A DNA stretch of 64,000 nucleotides from an uncultured Bacteroidales bacterium (lineage in GTDB: Bacteria; Bacteroidota; Bacteroidia; Bacteroidales; UBA932): contig CAJOKD010000012.1 of the NCBI GenBank assembly GCA_905235085.1, forward strand, positions 8,308 to 72,307, given 5' to 3'. The notes under the pieces were generated by a model. The model was not told where the DNA came from, did not search any database, and worked only from the letters and a program-made list of their open reading frames with translations. This document shows positions 18,442 to 28,231 of this stretch, piece after piece. Made by a program: the position numbers and the translations under genes. Each line of letters starts with the position of its first letter. Position 1 is the stretch's first letter.

Positions 18442-19166
18442 ATACTGTAAGCTGCATTGTCGTAGATGACGAGCCGTTAGCCGTGAAGCTGATAGTATCC
18501 TACGTGGAAAAGACTCCTTTCCTCGAACTGAAAGGGAGCTTCACCAGCGGGAAGTCTGCTTTCGCCTTCCTTCAGGAGACTCCAGTCGACCTGCTGTTCT
18601 GCGATATCCAGATGCCCAACCTGAGCGGTATGGACTTGTCCAAGATGCTCCCCGAGCACACGAAGGTGATCTTCACCACTGCCTTCAGCCAGTACGCGGT
18701 GGAAGGTTTCAAGGTCCACGCCCTGGACTATCTGCTGAAACCGATCTCTTACGAGGACTTCCTCTCTGCAGCCAAGCATGCCGCCAAGGTCATCTCCGGT
18801 AAACCAGCCGCAACCGCAGCAAGGGACGATACACCCAAGAGCATATTCGTAAAGACCGAATATAAGCTGCAGCAGATCGAGCTCGACAAGATCACATTCA
18901 TCGAAGGGATGAAGGATTACGTGAAGATCCATCTGGACGACGGTTCGGATCCGGTGCTCTCCCTGATGAGGCTCAAGACTCTGGAAGAGAAACTACCTAA
19001 GGACAGATTCGTGCGTGTCCAGAAGTCATTCATTGTCAGGATACCCAAGATCGAGGCGATCGAAAGGAACCATATAGTTATCGGGAAAGACAGAATCCCG
19101 ATAGGAGAAACCTACCGGGATTATCTGTACGAGGTTCTTTCAGGGACTTCCCTACTTCTGGAATAG
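18438..19166 (+). CDS. LytR/AlgR-family response regulator (REC + LytTR)
   Basis: The receiver domain shows VDDEPLA...CDIQMPNLSG. The LytTR domain shows FVRVQKSFIV. Confidence 0.9.
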   Translation: MNTVSCIVVDDEPLAVKLIVSYVEKTPFLELKGSFTSGKSAFAFLQETPVDLLFCDIQMPNLSGMDLSKMLPEHTKVIFTTAFSQYAVEGFKVHALDYLLKPISYEDFLSAAKHAAKVISGKPAATAARDDTPKSIFVKTEYKLQQIELDKITFIEGMKDYVKIHLDDGSDPVLSLMRLKTLEEKLPKDRFVRVQKSFIVRIPKIEAIERNHIVIGKDRIPIGETYRDYLYEVLSGTSLLLE

Positions 19167-19739
19167 AGCCGTCACTATTCCTTCAATCACCTGAGGGAAG
19201 TGCTCCATTTCGAGAATATGCTCCTTCGCGGCTATGTCGTCAGGAGTGTCCTCTGGGTCGATAGGGGTGCTGAACTGGGCGATTATTTCTCCGCCGTCGA
19301 CATCACGGCTTACCCAGTGCACCGTCATCCCGGTTTCTTTCTCACCCGCAGCCTTGACGGCCTCGTGGACGTGATGGCCGTACATTCCCATTCCGCCGTA
19401 TTTCGGCAAAAGGGCCGGATGGAGATTGACCATCCTGTGGTCATATTCCTCGATCAGGAAATCCGGGACCACCAATAGGAAGCCGGCCAGCACGATGAAA
19501 TCTACCGAATATTCCTTCAGCAGGGGCAGCATCACTTCCTTGTCGTTGAACCTGGATTTCGGTACCACCACGGAAGGCACCCCGAGACGCTGGGCCCTGG
19601 CGATGGCACCGGCATTTGCCTTGTTGCTGACTACGAGTACTGTACGAACCTTCTCAGAACCTTCGAAATAGCGGATTATATTCTCACAGTTGGTACCTCC
19701 GCCCGATACGAAAATCGCCATGTTGACCATATCCATCAA
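19152..19739 (-). CDS. purN: Phosphoribosylglycinamide formyltransferase
   Basis: Motifs MAIFVSGGGTN, VLAGFL and NLHPALLPKYGG are present. The true start is probably an internal Met (19730 or 19721). Confidence 0.9.
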   Translation of the reverse strand: MMDMVNMAIFVSGGGTNCENIIRYFEGSEKVRTVLVVSNKANAGAIARAQRLGVPSVVVPKSRFNDKEVMLPLLKEYSVDFIVLAGFLLVVPDFLIEEYDHRMVNLHPALLPKYGGMGMYGHHVHEAVKAAGEKETGMTVHWVSRDVDGGEIIAQFSTPIDPEDTPDDIAAKEHILEMEHFPQVIEGIVTALFQK

Positions 19740-22429
19740 TCTTTCTTCCCATCCTCGGGCAGTTGCTTGACATAGACGTCCTGCTGAGGGAACGGTATCT
19801 CTATTCCGTTGTCATTGAGCGCCTTGTAAATGCGCTCATTAGCCGTTGCGATGTAGGCGTAGCGCTGCTCCACAAGGACGTACTGCTTGACGGTCAGGTT
19901 GACACTGTTGTCGCCGAAACCGGTGAGTGCAACCTGTATGCCGTAGCTCGGCTTCACCATCTCCCGCCCGAACTTGTCTTCCTTGCAAAGAGGCTGCAAG
20001 GCCTTGGTTATGACTTTCCTCGCCTTGTCCACATCGGTACCGTAAGCAACTCCTACAGGGATGGTTATGTACTCGTAGGAATCGCTCTTGGTCAGGTTCT
20101 TGAAAGTCTTAGCGAAAAGGGTCGTATTCGGGAACGCGATCAAGCTGCCGTCCACAGCCTTTATCGTAGTGGTCTGGTAGCTTATGTTGTCCACCGTTCC
20201 CCTTATCCCGTCACATTCTACAGTATCTCCGACACGCATCCTGCCGGACATCAGCTGGACTCCATAGAAGAAGTTGTTGAGTATGTCCTTCATCGCGAAT
20301 CCCAGACCTGCGGCAAGTCCTGCGGTAACCACCGACAGCGAAGAGGTCGGAATCTTCATCAGGATGATTGTCACGATCAGGTACAAGCCCCATCCGATGA
20401 GACCTATCACATTGTTGGCAAGGGTGAGGTTGACTTCGTTCTCCCTGACCAGGCCAGTGACGGACTTGCTGACCATCGAACGTACCTTGAAGATACGGTA
20501 AAGCGCTTTCGTGAGATATATAAGATAACGGAATATGAAGAAAAGGGCGATTGCAACTATCACCATATACATCGAAACCTTGATCCACTGCGTATCCAGG
20601 AAAGGAGCAAAAAAGGCGTTCATACATATCTCAGTCAGGTCGAACACCTTCGACGCCATATACAGGCAAAGCGGTATGGACAGCAGGAAAAGCAAAGGTA
20701 TCAGCACCAGATCCACCAGGTCATAGAACCAGGTTACAAGGACATATGCTCCCTTCTCCTTGCCCACATCAGTGAAGTGCTTCATCCTGTATGCCCGGAC
20801 CCGCTTGTCGATCCTCCTGTAACGGTACTTGGAGAGAAGGTCCTTGATGGCTATGATGATTTGAAGGACAGTAAGCTGGAATATCCACCAGATGTAGACC
20901 TGGAGTCCCATCAGCACATAACCGAAGACGGAAAGAGCAAAGGTCACTACTGTGACTGCAAGAGAAACGACAGCGAAATACTTGTCTATCTTCGGGACTT
21001 TCCGGGCATTGTTCAGGAATGCCAGGATCTGCCATATTCCGAACAACAGCAGTACAGGCGGGAACAGCAGGGTTATCAGGCTGTTCGGGATGAACATTAT
21101 CCTGAATGTAATGATCGCCAGACCCAGCAGCATAACCGGGGCATAGAGCCGCAGTCCTTTGTTGACCTGGGCTCCGGTAAAGCGGATCAGTATGGACGTC
21201 AGGATGGCGATGAGCAGTATCGAGAACTCCACCAGCAGGCTGGAGGCCATCTTGAAGAAATTGGTCCCGATCCTGCCGGTATGGCGCGCAACCACGGTAG
21301 CTGCGACGAACAGGACAACCGCTGCCAGCATAATGATAGCCAGCTCACGATTCTCGAAACTCTGGGACTTGAACAGTTTCACCCTGCGCTTGAGCAACTT
21401 GATGACAAAGAAGCTCAAGACTATGGCCAGCACGAGGTAGATGAGGATAATGAAGGAGAATCCGACTACTTTCGGGCCTCTCCAGTCGCTGTGCACCTTG
21501 TCGTTGAAATAGTCCCTGCCATATTTGTCATTGAAGTCTGTGGCGGCGCTGCGTGAGAACTGCCCCAGGTGGGTGAGAACTTGCCAGTAGTTCCGCTGGC
21601 CGTCCACGAATATCTTCTTCTGTACGATCTTGTATCGCTCCTGGGCATAATCGTATGCCTCCTTTAGACGCTTGTTGGTGGTCTCATAGTGGGTGCTGTC
21701 CTCAACCATATGGTCCCTAAGGTCCGTATACATCTTGAGGAGTTTCGATGCATAGAACAGGCAACTGTCACGGTCCTGCATCGAAAGGCTGTCCAGCTCG
21801 AAAGTAAGGTGATGGTGGTCTTCGCCTTCCTCCACGAGCCCGGCTTCGAAGCCTTCTGCATCCATACCGACTTCGTGGTGGTGATCCTTGTGGTCCGGAT
21901 CGTCCGCGTGCTGGCGAGCATAGGAAAGGTTAGGAAGGATGCGCCGGGAAAGATTCATCGCCAGCGAATCCAGCATCCCGGGACCGAGGCTGTCCGGGAA
22001 GTCCACCAATTCCGGCGGAAGACTCTTAAGGGTTTTCACCAGACGGTCATACCGCTCGATCTCGATATTGAAATACGAGATAATGTTGTCGAACGGCATT
22101 TTGTTCTGGGTGAATCCGTTATACTGGTCCGTGACCTGCCGCAGGGCATAAGTGAGGTCGAAGGTGAAATCCTGCTTCTGGGAATACAGCATCAGGGAAA
22201 GCTCGTTGCAGGTACGGATCAGTCCTACGAGACGTTCGTGCTGCTTTTCATCCTGTTTTTCGAAACGGAGTTGGTTGCGCTCCATCTCGTTGTAAGCCTT
22301 GCAAAGTTCATAACGAAGGACCTGGAGCGTCTGCGCCAGATCACGTTCATTGAACACGGCCCACGACGGTGTGGCCGCCGACAAGGCAAGCACCACCGCC
22401 AATATCCATTTCCCGAGTCTTTTCATCAT
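19736..22429 (-). CDS. Large mechanosensitive channel, MscS family (MscK-like)
   Basis: A signal peptide (MMKRLGKWILAVVLALSAATPSWA) is followed by a long periplasmic helical region and about 10 TM helices. The MscS core reads GRMRVGDTVECDGIRGTVDNISYQTTTIKAVDGSLIAFPN. I trimmed the start from 22507 to 22429 to clear the upstream GH3 gene. Confidence 0.8.
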   Translation of the reverse strand: MMKRLGKWILAVVLALSAATPSWAVFNERDLAQTLQVLRYELCKAYNEMERNQLRFEKQDEKQHERLVGLIRTCNELSLMLYSQKQDFTFDLTYALRQVTDQYNGFTQNKMPFDNIISYFNIEIERYDRLVKTLKSLPPELVDFPDSLGPGMLDSLAMNLSRRILPNLSYARQHADDPDHKDHHHEVGMDAEGFEAGLVEEGEDHHHLTFELDSLSMQDRDSCLFYASKLLKMYTDLRDHMVEDSTHYETTNKRLKEAYDYAQERYKIVQKKIFVDGQRNYWQVLTHLGQFSRSAATDFNDKYGRDYFNDKVHSDWRGPKVVGFSFIILIYLVLAIVLSFFVIKLLKRRVKLFKSQSFENRELAIIMLAAVVLFVAATVVARHTGRIGTNFFKMASSLLVEFSILLIAILTSILIRFTGAQVNKGLRLYAPVMLLGLAIITFRIMFIPNSLITLLFPPVLLLFGIWQILAFLNNARKVPKIDKYFAVVSLAVTVVTFALSVFGYVLMGLQVYIWWIFQLTVLQIIIAIKDLLSKYRYRRIDKRVRAYRMKHFTDVGKEKGAYVLVTWFYDLVDLVLIPLLFLLSIPLCLYMASKVFDLTEICMNAFFAPFLDTQWIKVSMYMVIVAIALFFIFRYLIYLTKALYRIFKVRSMVSKSVTGLVRENEVNLTLANNVIGLIGWGLYLIVTIILMKIPTSSLSVVTAGLAAGLGFAMKDILNNFFYGVQLMSGRMRVGDTVECDGIRGTVDNISYQTTTIKAVDGSLIAFPNTTLFAKTFKNLTKSDSYEYITIPVGVAYGTDVDKARKVITKALQPLCKEDKFGREMVKPSYGIQVALTGFGDNSVNLTVKQYVLVEQRYAYIATANERIYKALNDNGIEIPFPQQDVYVKQLPEDGKKD

Positions 22430-22437
22430 TCTCTGCT

Positions 22438-24789
22438 TCAATCTATGTTCGGGGCATTCCAGACCTTGGTCTCCTTGCAGAAGAGTTTCAATGACTGTCC
22501 GCCGCAACTTATCCTGAAGTCACCTTCCTCCAGGCGCCATTTCCCGTCGGTTCCCACGAAGGCAAGTTCATAGGCTGGGATCTGGAAAGACACCGTCTTG
22601 GTCTCCCCTGCTGCAAGCTCGACCTTATCGAATCCACGGAGCCTCTTCACGTCAGGGATCAGGCTTGCCACGAGGTCGCTGGAATACAGGAGCACCGCCT
22701 CTTTCCCGGAATGAGTCCCCTTGTTGGTTACTGTCACTTCAAAGTTCAGGATATCCGATGCCGTGAAATCAGTACTTCCAAGACATTTGAGGTCAGAATA
22801 CTCGAACTCGGTATAGCTGAGACCGCTTCCGAACGGCCACTGGACATCCATTACCGCATCGTAATTGTATTCGCCTGCCATCGTCTCCCTGTGTTCGGAC
22901 ACCTTGTAGTCATAGGTGTGGAGGGAGTTGACATATTTAGGATATGTGAAAGGCAGTTTGCCGCTGAAGTTCTCCTCACCGCTCATAAGGGCGGCCAGGG
23001 CATCTCCTCCCCTGTTGCCAGGCAGCATCACGTCGACCACGGCCTTGGCGAGAGGTTCGATTTCATTGATGATCCTCGGACGGCCTTCATTGAGCACCAG
23101 GATGATCGGCTTGCCGGTCCTGGCCAGGGCTTCGACCAGGTCTTTCTGGTTCTTGGACAGATTGAGGTCGTCGATGTTGCCTGGAGTCTCGCAGTAGCTG
23201 TTCTCGCCGATGCAGGCAACGATTACATCCGCCCTGTATGCCGCAGCGACAGCCTTCGCGATCTGCGGCTCATTCTCTCTCTGCCAGGCTCCAGGAGACC
23301 AGCGGTCACTCTCGTCATAAGTGACGCCAGGTTCATAGGTTACGTTGCTCTCCCCGAATTTTTCAGCGAGAGCCTCGCAGATGGTATTGTAGTCGCCGGC
23401 GAACCTGTCGGCGTCTCCCTGCCAGGTATATGACCAGCCACCGTTGAGAGTCCGCATCGAATTAGCGTTCGGGCCGGTGACGAGGATGCGAGTTCCGTAT
23501 TCAAGAGGAAGGATATTGTCTTCGTTCTTGAGAAGGACCTCGGACTCCACAGCCGCAGCATAGGCGGCATCCTGGAATTCCCCGCAGGCGAAACGATCAT
23601 AACCAGAAACATCCCAGACAGGCTTGTCGAATAGGCCGAGACGGAACTTGAGGCGCAGGACCCTTCGGACAGCGTCATCCACTCTCGACATCGGGATCAA
23701 GCCTTCCTTGACTGCTGCTGCAAGCTGTTCACAGTTGGAAGGATCGTTCGGATCCATCACCATATCTATTCCGGCATTGATACCGAGGGTAAGGGCTTCC
23801 TTGACATCCTTGGCGACGTGGTCCCTCATATACAGGTTGTCGATGTCGGCCCAGTCGGTCACTATCAAGCCGTCCCAGCCAAGCTGCTCTTTCACCCATC
23901 CGTTCAGGAGCTCTCCGTTGGCGTGGGTAGGGATGCCGTTGATGGAAGCAGAATTGACCATAAGGGTAAGGGCGCCCTCCTGGAGGCACTGCTTGAAAGG
24001 ACGGAAATACTTCTCCCTCAGTTCATTGTAAGGAACGATCGCAGGAGTCCTGTCCTTCCCTGAGACTGGCACTCCGTAAGCCATATAGTGCTTTATGCTG
24101 ACAGCTACGTGTTCGAGGTCGATATGGTTGGGATCATCACCCTGCAATGCTTTCGTTTCGACGGAAGCCATCTCTGCGTTCAGGAATGGATCCTCGCCGA
24201 AACTCTCCCACTGCCTTGGCCAGACCGCATTCCTGCCGAGGTCCATAACAGGGGAAAAGACCCACGGAACCATTGCAGCCCTGGTCTCATACGCCATAGC
24301 CTCACCCATCGCCCGGGCATATTCCCTGTTGAAGGTGGCGGCAAGGTTGATTTCCTGAGGGAAGAATGTTCCGTCAGTCAGATATGATGCTCCGTGGATC
24401 ATATCAAGTCCGAAGATGCAAGGTATGCCTATCTCTTCCAGGGATTTCTGCTGTATCTGGGATACCATCATCGCAGTGAAGGAAGCCGGAGCGGCCACAT
24501 CGCCGAAAGTATTCAGGATAGATCCTACCTTGTATTTCCCTATGACAGTCTGAAGCTTCTCAGGATCCAACGTGATGCCGGATTCCGTCCAGGCGGTGAT
24601 AGTGGAAGTTGTCATCTGCATCATCTGCCCGACCTTCTGTTCCAGCGTCATATTCTTGAGGACACTGTCGACTTTCCTCTCGATGGAAGCGTCTCTGGGG
24701 ATAGCCGGTCCACCGGAAGGATTCTTGCGTGAGCAGCCTGATAAAGCGAGAAGGCAGGAAACTGCCAGGAGGATGTGTCTGGATCTCAT
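22438..24789 (-). CDS. Glycoside hydrolase family 3 (beta-glucosidase-like) lipoprotein
   Basis: Lipobox ALSGC. GH3 motifs KHYMAYG and GLIVTDW (nucleophile Asp context) are present, with a C-terminal FnIII-like domain. Confidence 0.9.
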   Translation of the reverse strand: MRSRHILLAVSCLLALSGCSRKNPSGGPAIPRDASIERKVDSVLKNMTLEQKVGQMMQMTTSTITAWTESGITLDPEKLQTVIGKYKVGSILNTFGDVAAPASFTAMMVSQIQQKSLEEIGIPCIFGLDMIHGASYLTDGTFFPQEINLAATFNREYARAMGEAMAYETRAAMVPWVFSPVMDLGRNAVWPRQWESFGEDPFLNAEMASVETKALQGDDPNHIDLEHVAVSIKHYMAYGVPVSGKDRTPAIVPYNELREKYFRPFKQCLQEGALTLMVNSASINGIPTHANGELLNGWVKEQLGWDGLIVTDWADIDNLYMRDHVAKDVKEALTLGINAGIDMVMDPNDPSNCEQLAAAVKEGLIPMSRVDDAVRRVLRLKFRLGLFDKPVWDVSGYDRFACGEFQDAAYAAAVESEVLLKNEDNILPLEYGTRILVTGPNANSMRTLNGGWSYTWQGDADRFAGDYNTICEALAEKFGESNVTYEPGVTYDESDRWSPGAWQRENEPQIAKAVAAAYRADVIVACIGENSYCETPGNIDDLNLSKNQKDLVEALARTGKPIILVLNEGRPRIINEIEPLAKAVVDVMLPGNRGGDALAALMSGEENFSGKLPFTYPKYVNSLHTYDYKVSEHRETMAGEYNYDAVMDVQWPFGSGLSYTEFEYSDLKCLGSTDFTASDILNFEVTVTNKGTHSGKEAVLLYSSDLVASLIPDVKRLRGFDKVELAAGETKTVSFQIPAYELAFVGTDGKWRLEEGDFRISCGGQSLKLFCKETKVWNAPNID

Positions 24790-24816
24790 ATCTAGTCGAA
24801 TTTGTATCAGATTCTA

Positions 24817-24824
24817 CAAATTTA
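24817..24824 (-). promoter_or_regulatory. Bacteroidota -7 box (TAAATTTG) upstream of GH3
   Basis: The reverse complement of caaattta is TAAATTTG, about 28 nt upstream of ATG 24789. Confidence 0.45.
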
Positions 24825-24945
24825 ATAAGAATATCTTTAAAATCCACCCGCATCATCCTCCTGCAACGAGATACAGCTTATCGTGCGCATTTACCCGTAC
24901 AGGGCTGCCCAGCAGCAAGCGCGAACCAGATGAAAACATCCCAAC

Positions 24946-25448
24946 TCATCGTATATCCCTCCTTTCTTCCTTTATAGGTTTAGGTGCCAGGAACAGCATA
25001 AGGCATAACGCCCCGGCAAGCATCATGAATATACCGGTATAGATACCTGCTATCCAACGGTCCCATACGAGGAGGTACTCGCTGAAAGCGCTTTCAGCGC
25101 CCATCTTGGTATCGTATCCGTACTGGTAGATCTTCCATCCGTTCACCTTCATCGGCTTGTTGACATCCACTGTCCCACTGACTTCCTTGCCGTCTTTGGT
25201 ATAGACGGTTATATCCGAGGCGAACCGCTTAGGGGTCCCGTCCGGATACTTGTCCATAATGAACTTATGCAATTCGATGGCGATGTCCAGCTCCTCGGAC
25301 GCTCCCTGTTTACCGGCCAGGCAAAGAAGCTCCAGTCTACCGGCCCGGCCACTACCTGGAGCAGTATGCCGATTACGAGGAGTCCTCCGCCTATAAGGAA
25401 ACCCTCTTTCATTTTCCAGGGTTTGGTCCACATAAAAACAGATATCAA
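24946..25448 (-). pseudogene. ResB-like (cytochrome c biogenesis family) remnant: N-terminal and C-terminal pieces in different frames, central part missing
   Basis: Frame A reads MWTKPWKMKEGFLIGGGLLVIGILLQVVAGPVDWSFFAWPVN and then degenerates. Frame B resumes with ELDIAIELHKFIMDKYPDGTPKRFASDITVY...VNKPMKVNGWKIYQYGYD...LLVWDRWIAGIYTGIFMMLAG. The two pieces resemble the two ends of ResB-like proteins, which as I recall are about 400 aa. Confidence 0.5.
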
Positions 25449-25502
25449 GTTTGCGCTTACAATAAACCAATTAATAGTATAGTTTGCAAATGACCGAATG
25501 AA

Positions 25503-25537
25503 GAAGCGGGGAATGTGACCGGCACATCCCCCGCTTC
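25503..25537 (-). terminator. Hairpin terminator candidate downstream of the oxidoreductase operon
   Basis: GAAGCGGGGAATGTG-accgg-CACATCCCCCGCTTC gives a 15-bp stem with one mismatch. It lies just 3' of the gamma-subunit stop on the minus strand. Confidence 0.5.
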
Positions 25538-25554
25538 AGATTATCCAAGCGAAA

Positions 25555-26097
25555 TTATTGTCTCACAATGATTTCCATGCCTTTGCGGATGGCCTCCTCG
25601 TTCTTCGGAATGAGGTGGTGATGACGCTCAGGGAGAGTCTTGCGCAGCGCTGCGAGAACGCTTTCGATCTTGACCACAGGGTGGATCTTCAGAAGACCGC
25701 CGAGTACGATCATATTGAAAGTCTTGATAAGGTTCATCTCGGCGGCTGCATCCATAGCGTCGATACGATAGATCTCGATGTCCTTCCTTGTAGGAGGCTC
25801 GTTGATACCGTATCCGTCATAGATGATGGTTCCGCCAGGCTTTACTTTAGGCTCGAACTTTTCCAGCGAAGGCTGGTTCAGCACAATGGCAGTATCGTAG
25901 CTGGAAAGTATAGGTGAAGATACCGGTGCGTCGCTGACGATAACGGTCACGTTGGCCGTGCCGCCACGCTGCTCAGGACCATATGCCGGCATCCAGGTAA
26001 CTTCCTTACCCTCCATAAGACCGGCATAAGCCAGAATCTTTCCCATCGAGAGGACACCCTGTCCTCCGAATCCTGCAATGATAATTTCTTCTGTCAT
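25555..26097 (-). CDS. 2-oxoacid:ferredoxin oxidoreductase gamma subunit
   Basis: 180 aa with IIIAGFGGQGV, typical of KorC/VorC-type gamma subunits. Confidence 0.85.
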   Translation of the reverse strand: MTEEIIIAGFGGQGVLSMGKILAYAGLMEGKEVTWMPAYGPEQRGGTANVTVIVSDAPVSSPILSSYDTAIVLNQPSLEKFEPKVKPGGTIIYDGYGINEPPTRKDIEIYRIDAMDAAAEMNLIKTFNMIVLGGLLKIHPVVKIESVLAALRKTLPERHHHLIPKNEEAIRKGMEIIVRQ

Positions 26098-26109
26098 AGC
26101 CTTGTCTTT

Positions 26110-26883
26110 TTATTTTTCAGCACCTTTGTCCTTGAGGTCGCCAAGGTGGTAGAAATCGAACATGTTCTCTTCCATCCACTTGTTGGCCTTTTCAGGAGAC
26201 ATCTTCCAACCGGAATTGCAAGTGGAAACGATCTCGACGAGATTGGATCCCTTGCCCTGCATTGAATATTCGAAAGCCTTGCGGATAGCCCTCTTGGCCC
26301 TGTTGATGGCAGCCACGGTGTGGACCGACTGGCGGGTCACATAGCAGGTTCCGTCGAGGCTGGCGGCAAGCTCCGTAATCTTGAGAGGATAGCCGTGGAG
26401 GCTCACTTCCCTACCGTAAGGGCAGGTAGCGGTCTTCATGCCAAGCAGGGTGGTAGGAGCCATCTGGCCACCGGTCATTCCATAAATAGCATTGTTAATG
26501 AATATGATGGTGATGTTCTCGGCCCTGTTCAGAGCGTGGATCGTCTCGGCAGTACCGATGCAGGCAAGGTCGCCGTCACCCTGGTAGGTGAAGACCAGTC
26601 TGTCCGGCCAGAGACGCTTGGTGGCACTGGCAAGTGCAGGGGCCCTTCCGTGGGCAGCTTCCTGCCAGTCAACATCGATGTACTTGTAGGCGAACACTGC
26701 GCATCCCACAGGAGAGATGGCAATCGTCTTGTCCGTCATCCCCATCTCCTCGATCACCTCGGAGACAAGCTTGTGCACTACACCGTGGCTGCAGCCAGGG
26801 CAGTAATGCATCGGAGTGTCGTTCAGCAAGGTAGGCTTCTTATATACAACCTGGCCTTTCTCAATTATTTCTTCTCTTGTCAT
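26110..26883 (-). CDS. 2-oxoacid:ferredoxin oxidoreductase beta (TPP-binding) subunit
   Basis: It has a Cys motif (YCPGCSHG) and the TPP motif YQGDGD...NNAIYGMTGGQ. Confidence 0.9.
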   Translation of the reverse strand: MTREEIIEKGQVVYKKPTLLNDTPMHYCPGCSHGVVHKLVSEVIEEMGMTDKTIAISPVGCAVFAYKYIDVDWQEAAHGRAPALASATKRLWPDRLVFTYQGDGDLACIGTAETIHALNRAENITIIFINNAIYGMTGGQMAPTTLLGMKTATCPYGREVSLHGYPLKITELAASLDGTCYVTRQSVHTVAAINRAKRAIRKAFEYSMQGKGSNLVEIVSTCNSGWKMSPEKANKWMEENMFDFYHLGDLKDKGAEK

Positions 26884-26894
26884 GGCTTTTCGGA

Positions 26895-27974
26895 TTAGAA
26901 CAGACGTTTGAGTGCATCTACGACTTCGTCAGGATCAGGGATGATTCCACCGAGACGTCCGAAGTGCTGGACCGGGATCCTGCCCTCGACGGCGAGGCGG
27001 ATGTCCTCTACCATCTGGCCGGCATTGATTTCGAGAGAGAGGATGCCCTTGACCTGGCCTGCGAGCTTGCAGACTTCCTTGGTAGGGAACGGCCAGAGGG
27101 TGATCGGACGCAGGAGGCCGACCTTGATGCCATGGGCACGTGCGACCTCTATGCTCTTCTTGGCGATACGGGCTGCGGAACCGAAGGCTACGATTGCATA
27201 TTCAGCATCGTCGAGCATGAACTCCTCGTAACGGACCTCGGTCTCTTCGATCTTGCGGTACTTGGCCTGGATCCTGTTGTTGATGATCTCCATCTCCTCG
27301 GAACGAAGCTCGAGGGAGGTGATGATGTTAGGCTGCCTCATTCCGACGCGGCCGGTGGTAGCCCAAGGGCACTCCTTGATGATCTCTTCCTCTGTACGGC
27401 GAGGCTTGAACGGAGGAAGGACGACCTTCTCCATCATCTGGCCGATAGCACCGTCGGCAAGGATCATGGCCGGGTTCCTGTAACGGAATGCGAGAGTGAA
27501 CGCAAGGTCCACGAAATCAGCCATTTCCTGAACGGAAGCAGGAGCGAGGACGATGAGGTGATAGTCACCGTGGCCGCCACCCTTGCAAGCCTGGAAATAG
27601 TCGGACTGGCTAGGCTGGATGGTACCGAGGCCAGGGCCGCCGCGCATTACGTTCACGATGAGAGCAGGAAGCTCGGCACCTGCCATGTAAGAGATTCCTT
27701 CCTGCATGAGGCTGACGCCAGGGCTGGAAGAAGAAGTCATGACCTTCTTGCCGGTGCATGCTCCACCATAAACCATGTTGATGGAAGAGACCTCGCTCTC
27801 GGCCTGGAGGACCACCATGCCGGTGGTTTCCCAAGGTTTCTCGGCAGCCAGGGTCTCGAGGACCTCAGACTGAGGAGTGATAGGGTATCCGAAATAGCCG
27901 TCGCATCCACAGCGGATCGCGGCATGGGCAATGGCTTCATTGCCTTTCATCAAAGTGATTTCCTGATCTGCCAT
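26895..27974 (-). CDS. 2-oxoacid:ferredoxin oxidoreductase alpha subunit (VorB/KorA-like)
   Basis: 359 aa with GNEAIAHAAIRCGCDGYFGYPITPQSE. Confidence 0.9.
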   Translation of the reverse strand: MADQEITLMKGNEAIAHAAIRCGCDGYFGYPITPQSEVLETLAAEKPWETTGMVVLQAESEVSSINMVYGGACTGKKVMTSSSSPGVSLMQEGISYMAGAELPALIVNVMRGGPGLGTIQPSQSDYFQACKGGGHGDYHLIVLAPASVQEMADFVDLAFTLAFRYRNPAMILADGAIGQMMEKVVLPPFKPRRTEEEIIKECPWATTGRVGMRQPNIITSLELRSEEMEIINNRIQAKYRKIEETEVRYEEFMLDDAEYAIVAFGSAARIAKKSIEVARAHGIKVGLLRPITLWPFPTKEVCKLAGQVKGILSLEINAGQMVEDIRLAVEGRIPVQHFGRLGGIIPDPDEVVDALKRLF

Positions 27975-27978
27975 AGCT

Positions 27979-28209
27979 CTACTCGGTTTTTAGACGGTAA
28001 ACGGTAATGCACCCGTCAGGGCATACGGTGGCACAGGATGCGCAGCCCGTACAGGTGTCAGCAAGAACCTCGTGGGCGAAATTGTAGCCCTTGCGGTTCA
28101 CTTCCTTCGTGGTCAGAGCCAGAACGTCCAGAGGACACGCAACGACGCAAAGGTTGCAGCCCTTGCACCTTTCGGTATCCACGACGGTAGCTCCTTTCAT
28201 TTTAGCCAT
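27979..28209 (-). CDS. 4Fe-4S dicluster ferredoxin (delta subunit of the oxidoreductase)
   Basis: 76 aa starting at ATG 28209, with two CxxCxxCxxxCP motifs (CKGCNLCVVACP, CTGCASCATVCP). The ORF-track extension to 28497 was rejected. Confidence 0.8.
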   Translation of the reverse strand: MAKMKGATVVDTERCKGCNLCVVACPLDVLALTTKEVNRKGYNFAHEVLADTCTGCASCATVCPDGCITVYRLKTE

Positions 28210-28231
28210 AATACCTTGATTTGTGTTATTG

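Noticed and set aside
19763-21556. 597-aa ORF antisense to the MscS-family channel gene.
   Set aside because: Its composition is highly biased (H, Q, D, R, E runs), with no TM segments or motifs. The sense strand encodes a coherent signal peptide, TM bundle and MscS core.
24799-24822. Inverted repeat AATTTGTA-N8-TACAAATT overlapping the GH3 -7 box, considered as a possible operator.
   Set aside because: AT-rich 8-bp arms with a free spacer are expected by chance many times in 64 kb. One arm is simply the -7 box itself.
26877-28007. 376-aa ORF antisense to the oxidoreductase alpha subunit.
   Set aside because: It is the mirror frame of a strongly conserved gene. Its Asp/Leu/Arg-rich, junk-like sequence has no start context.
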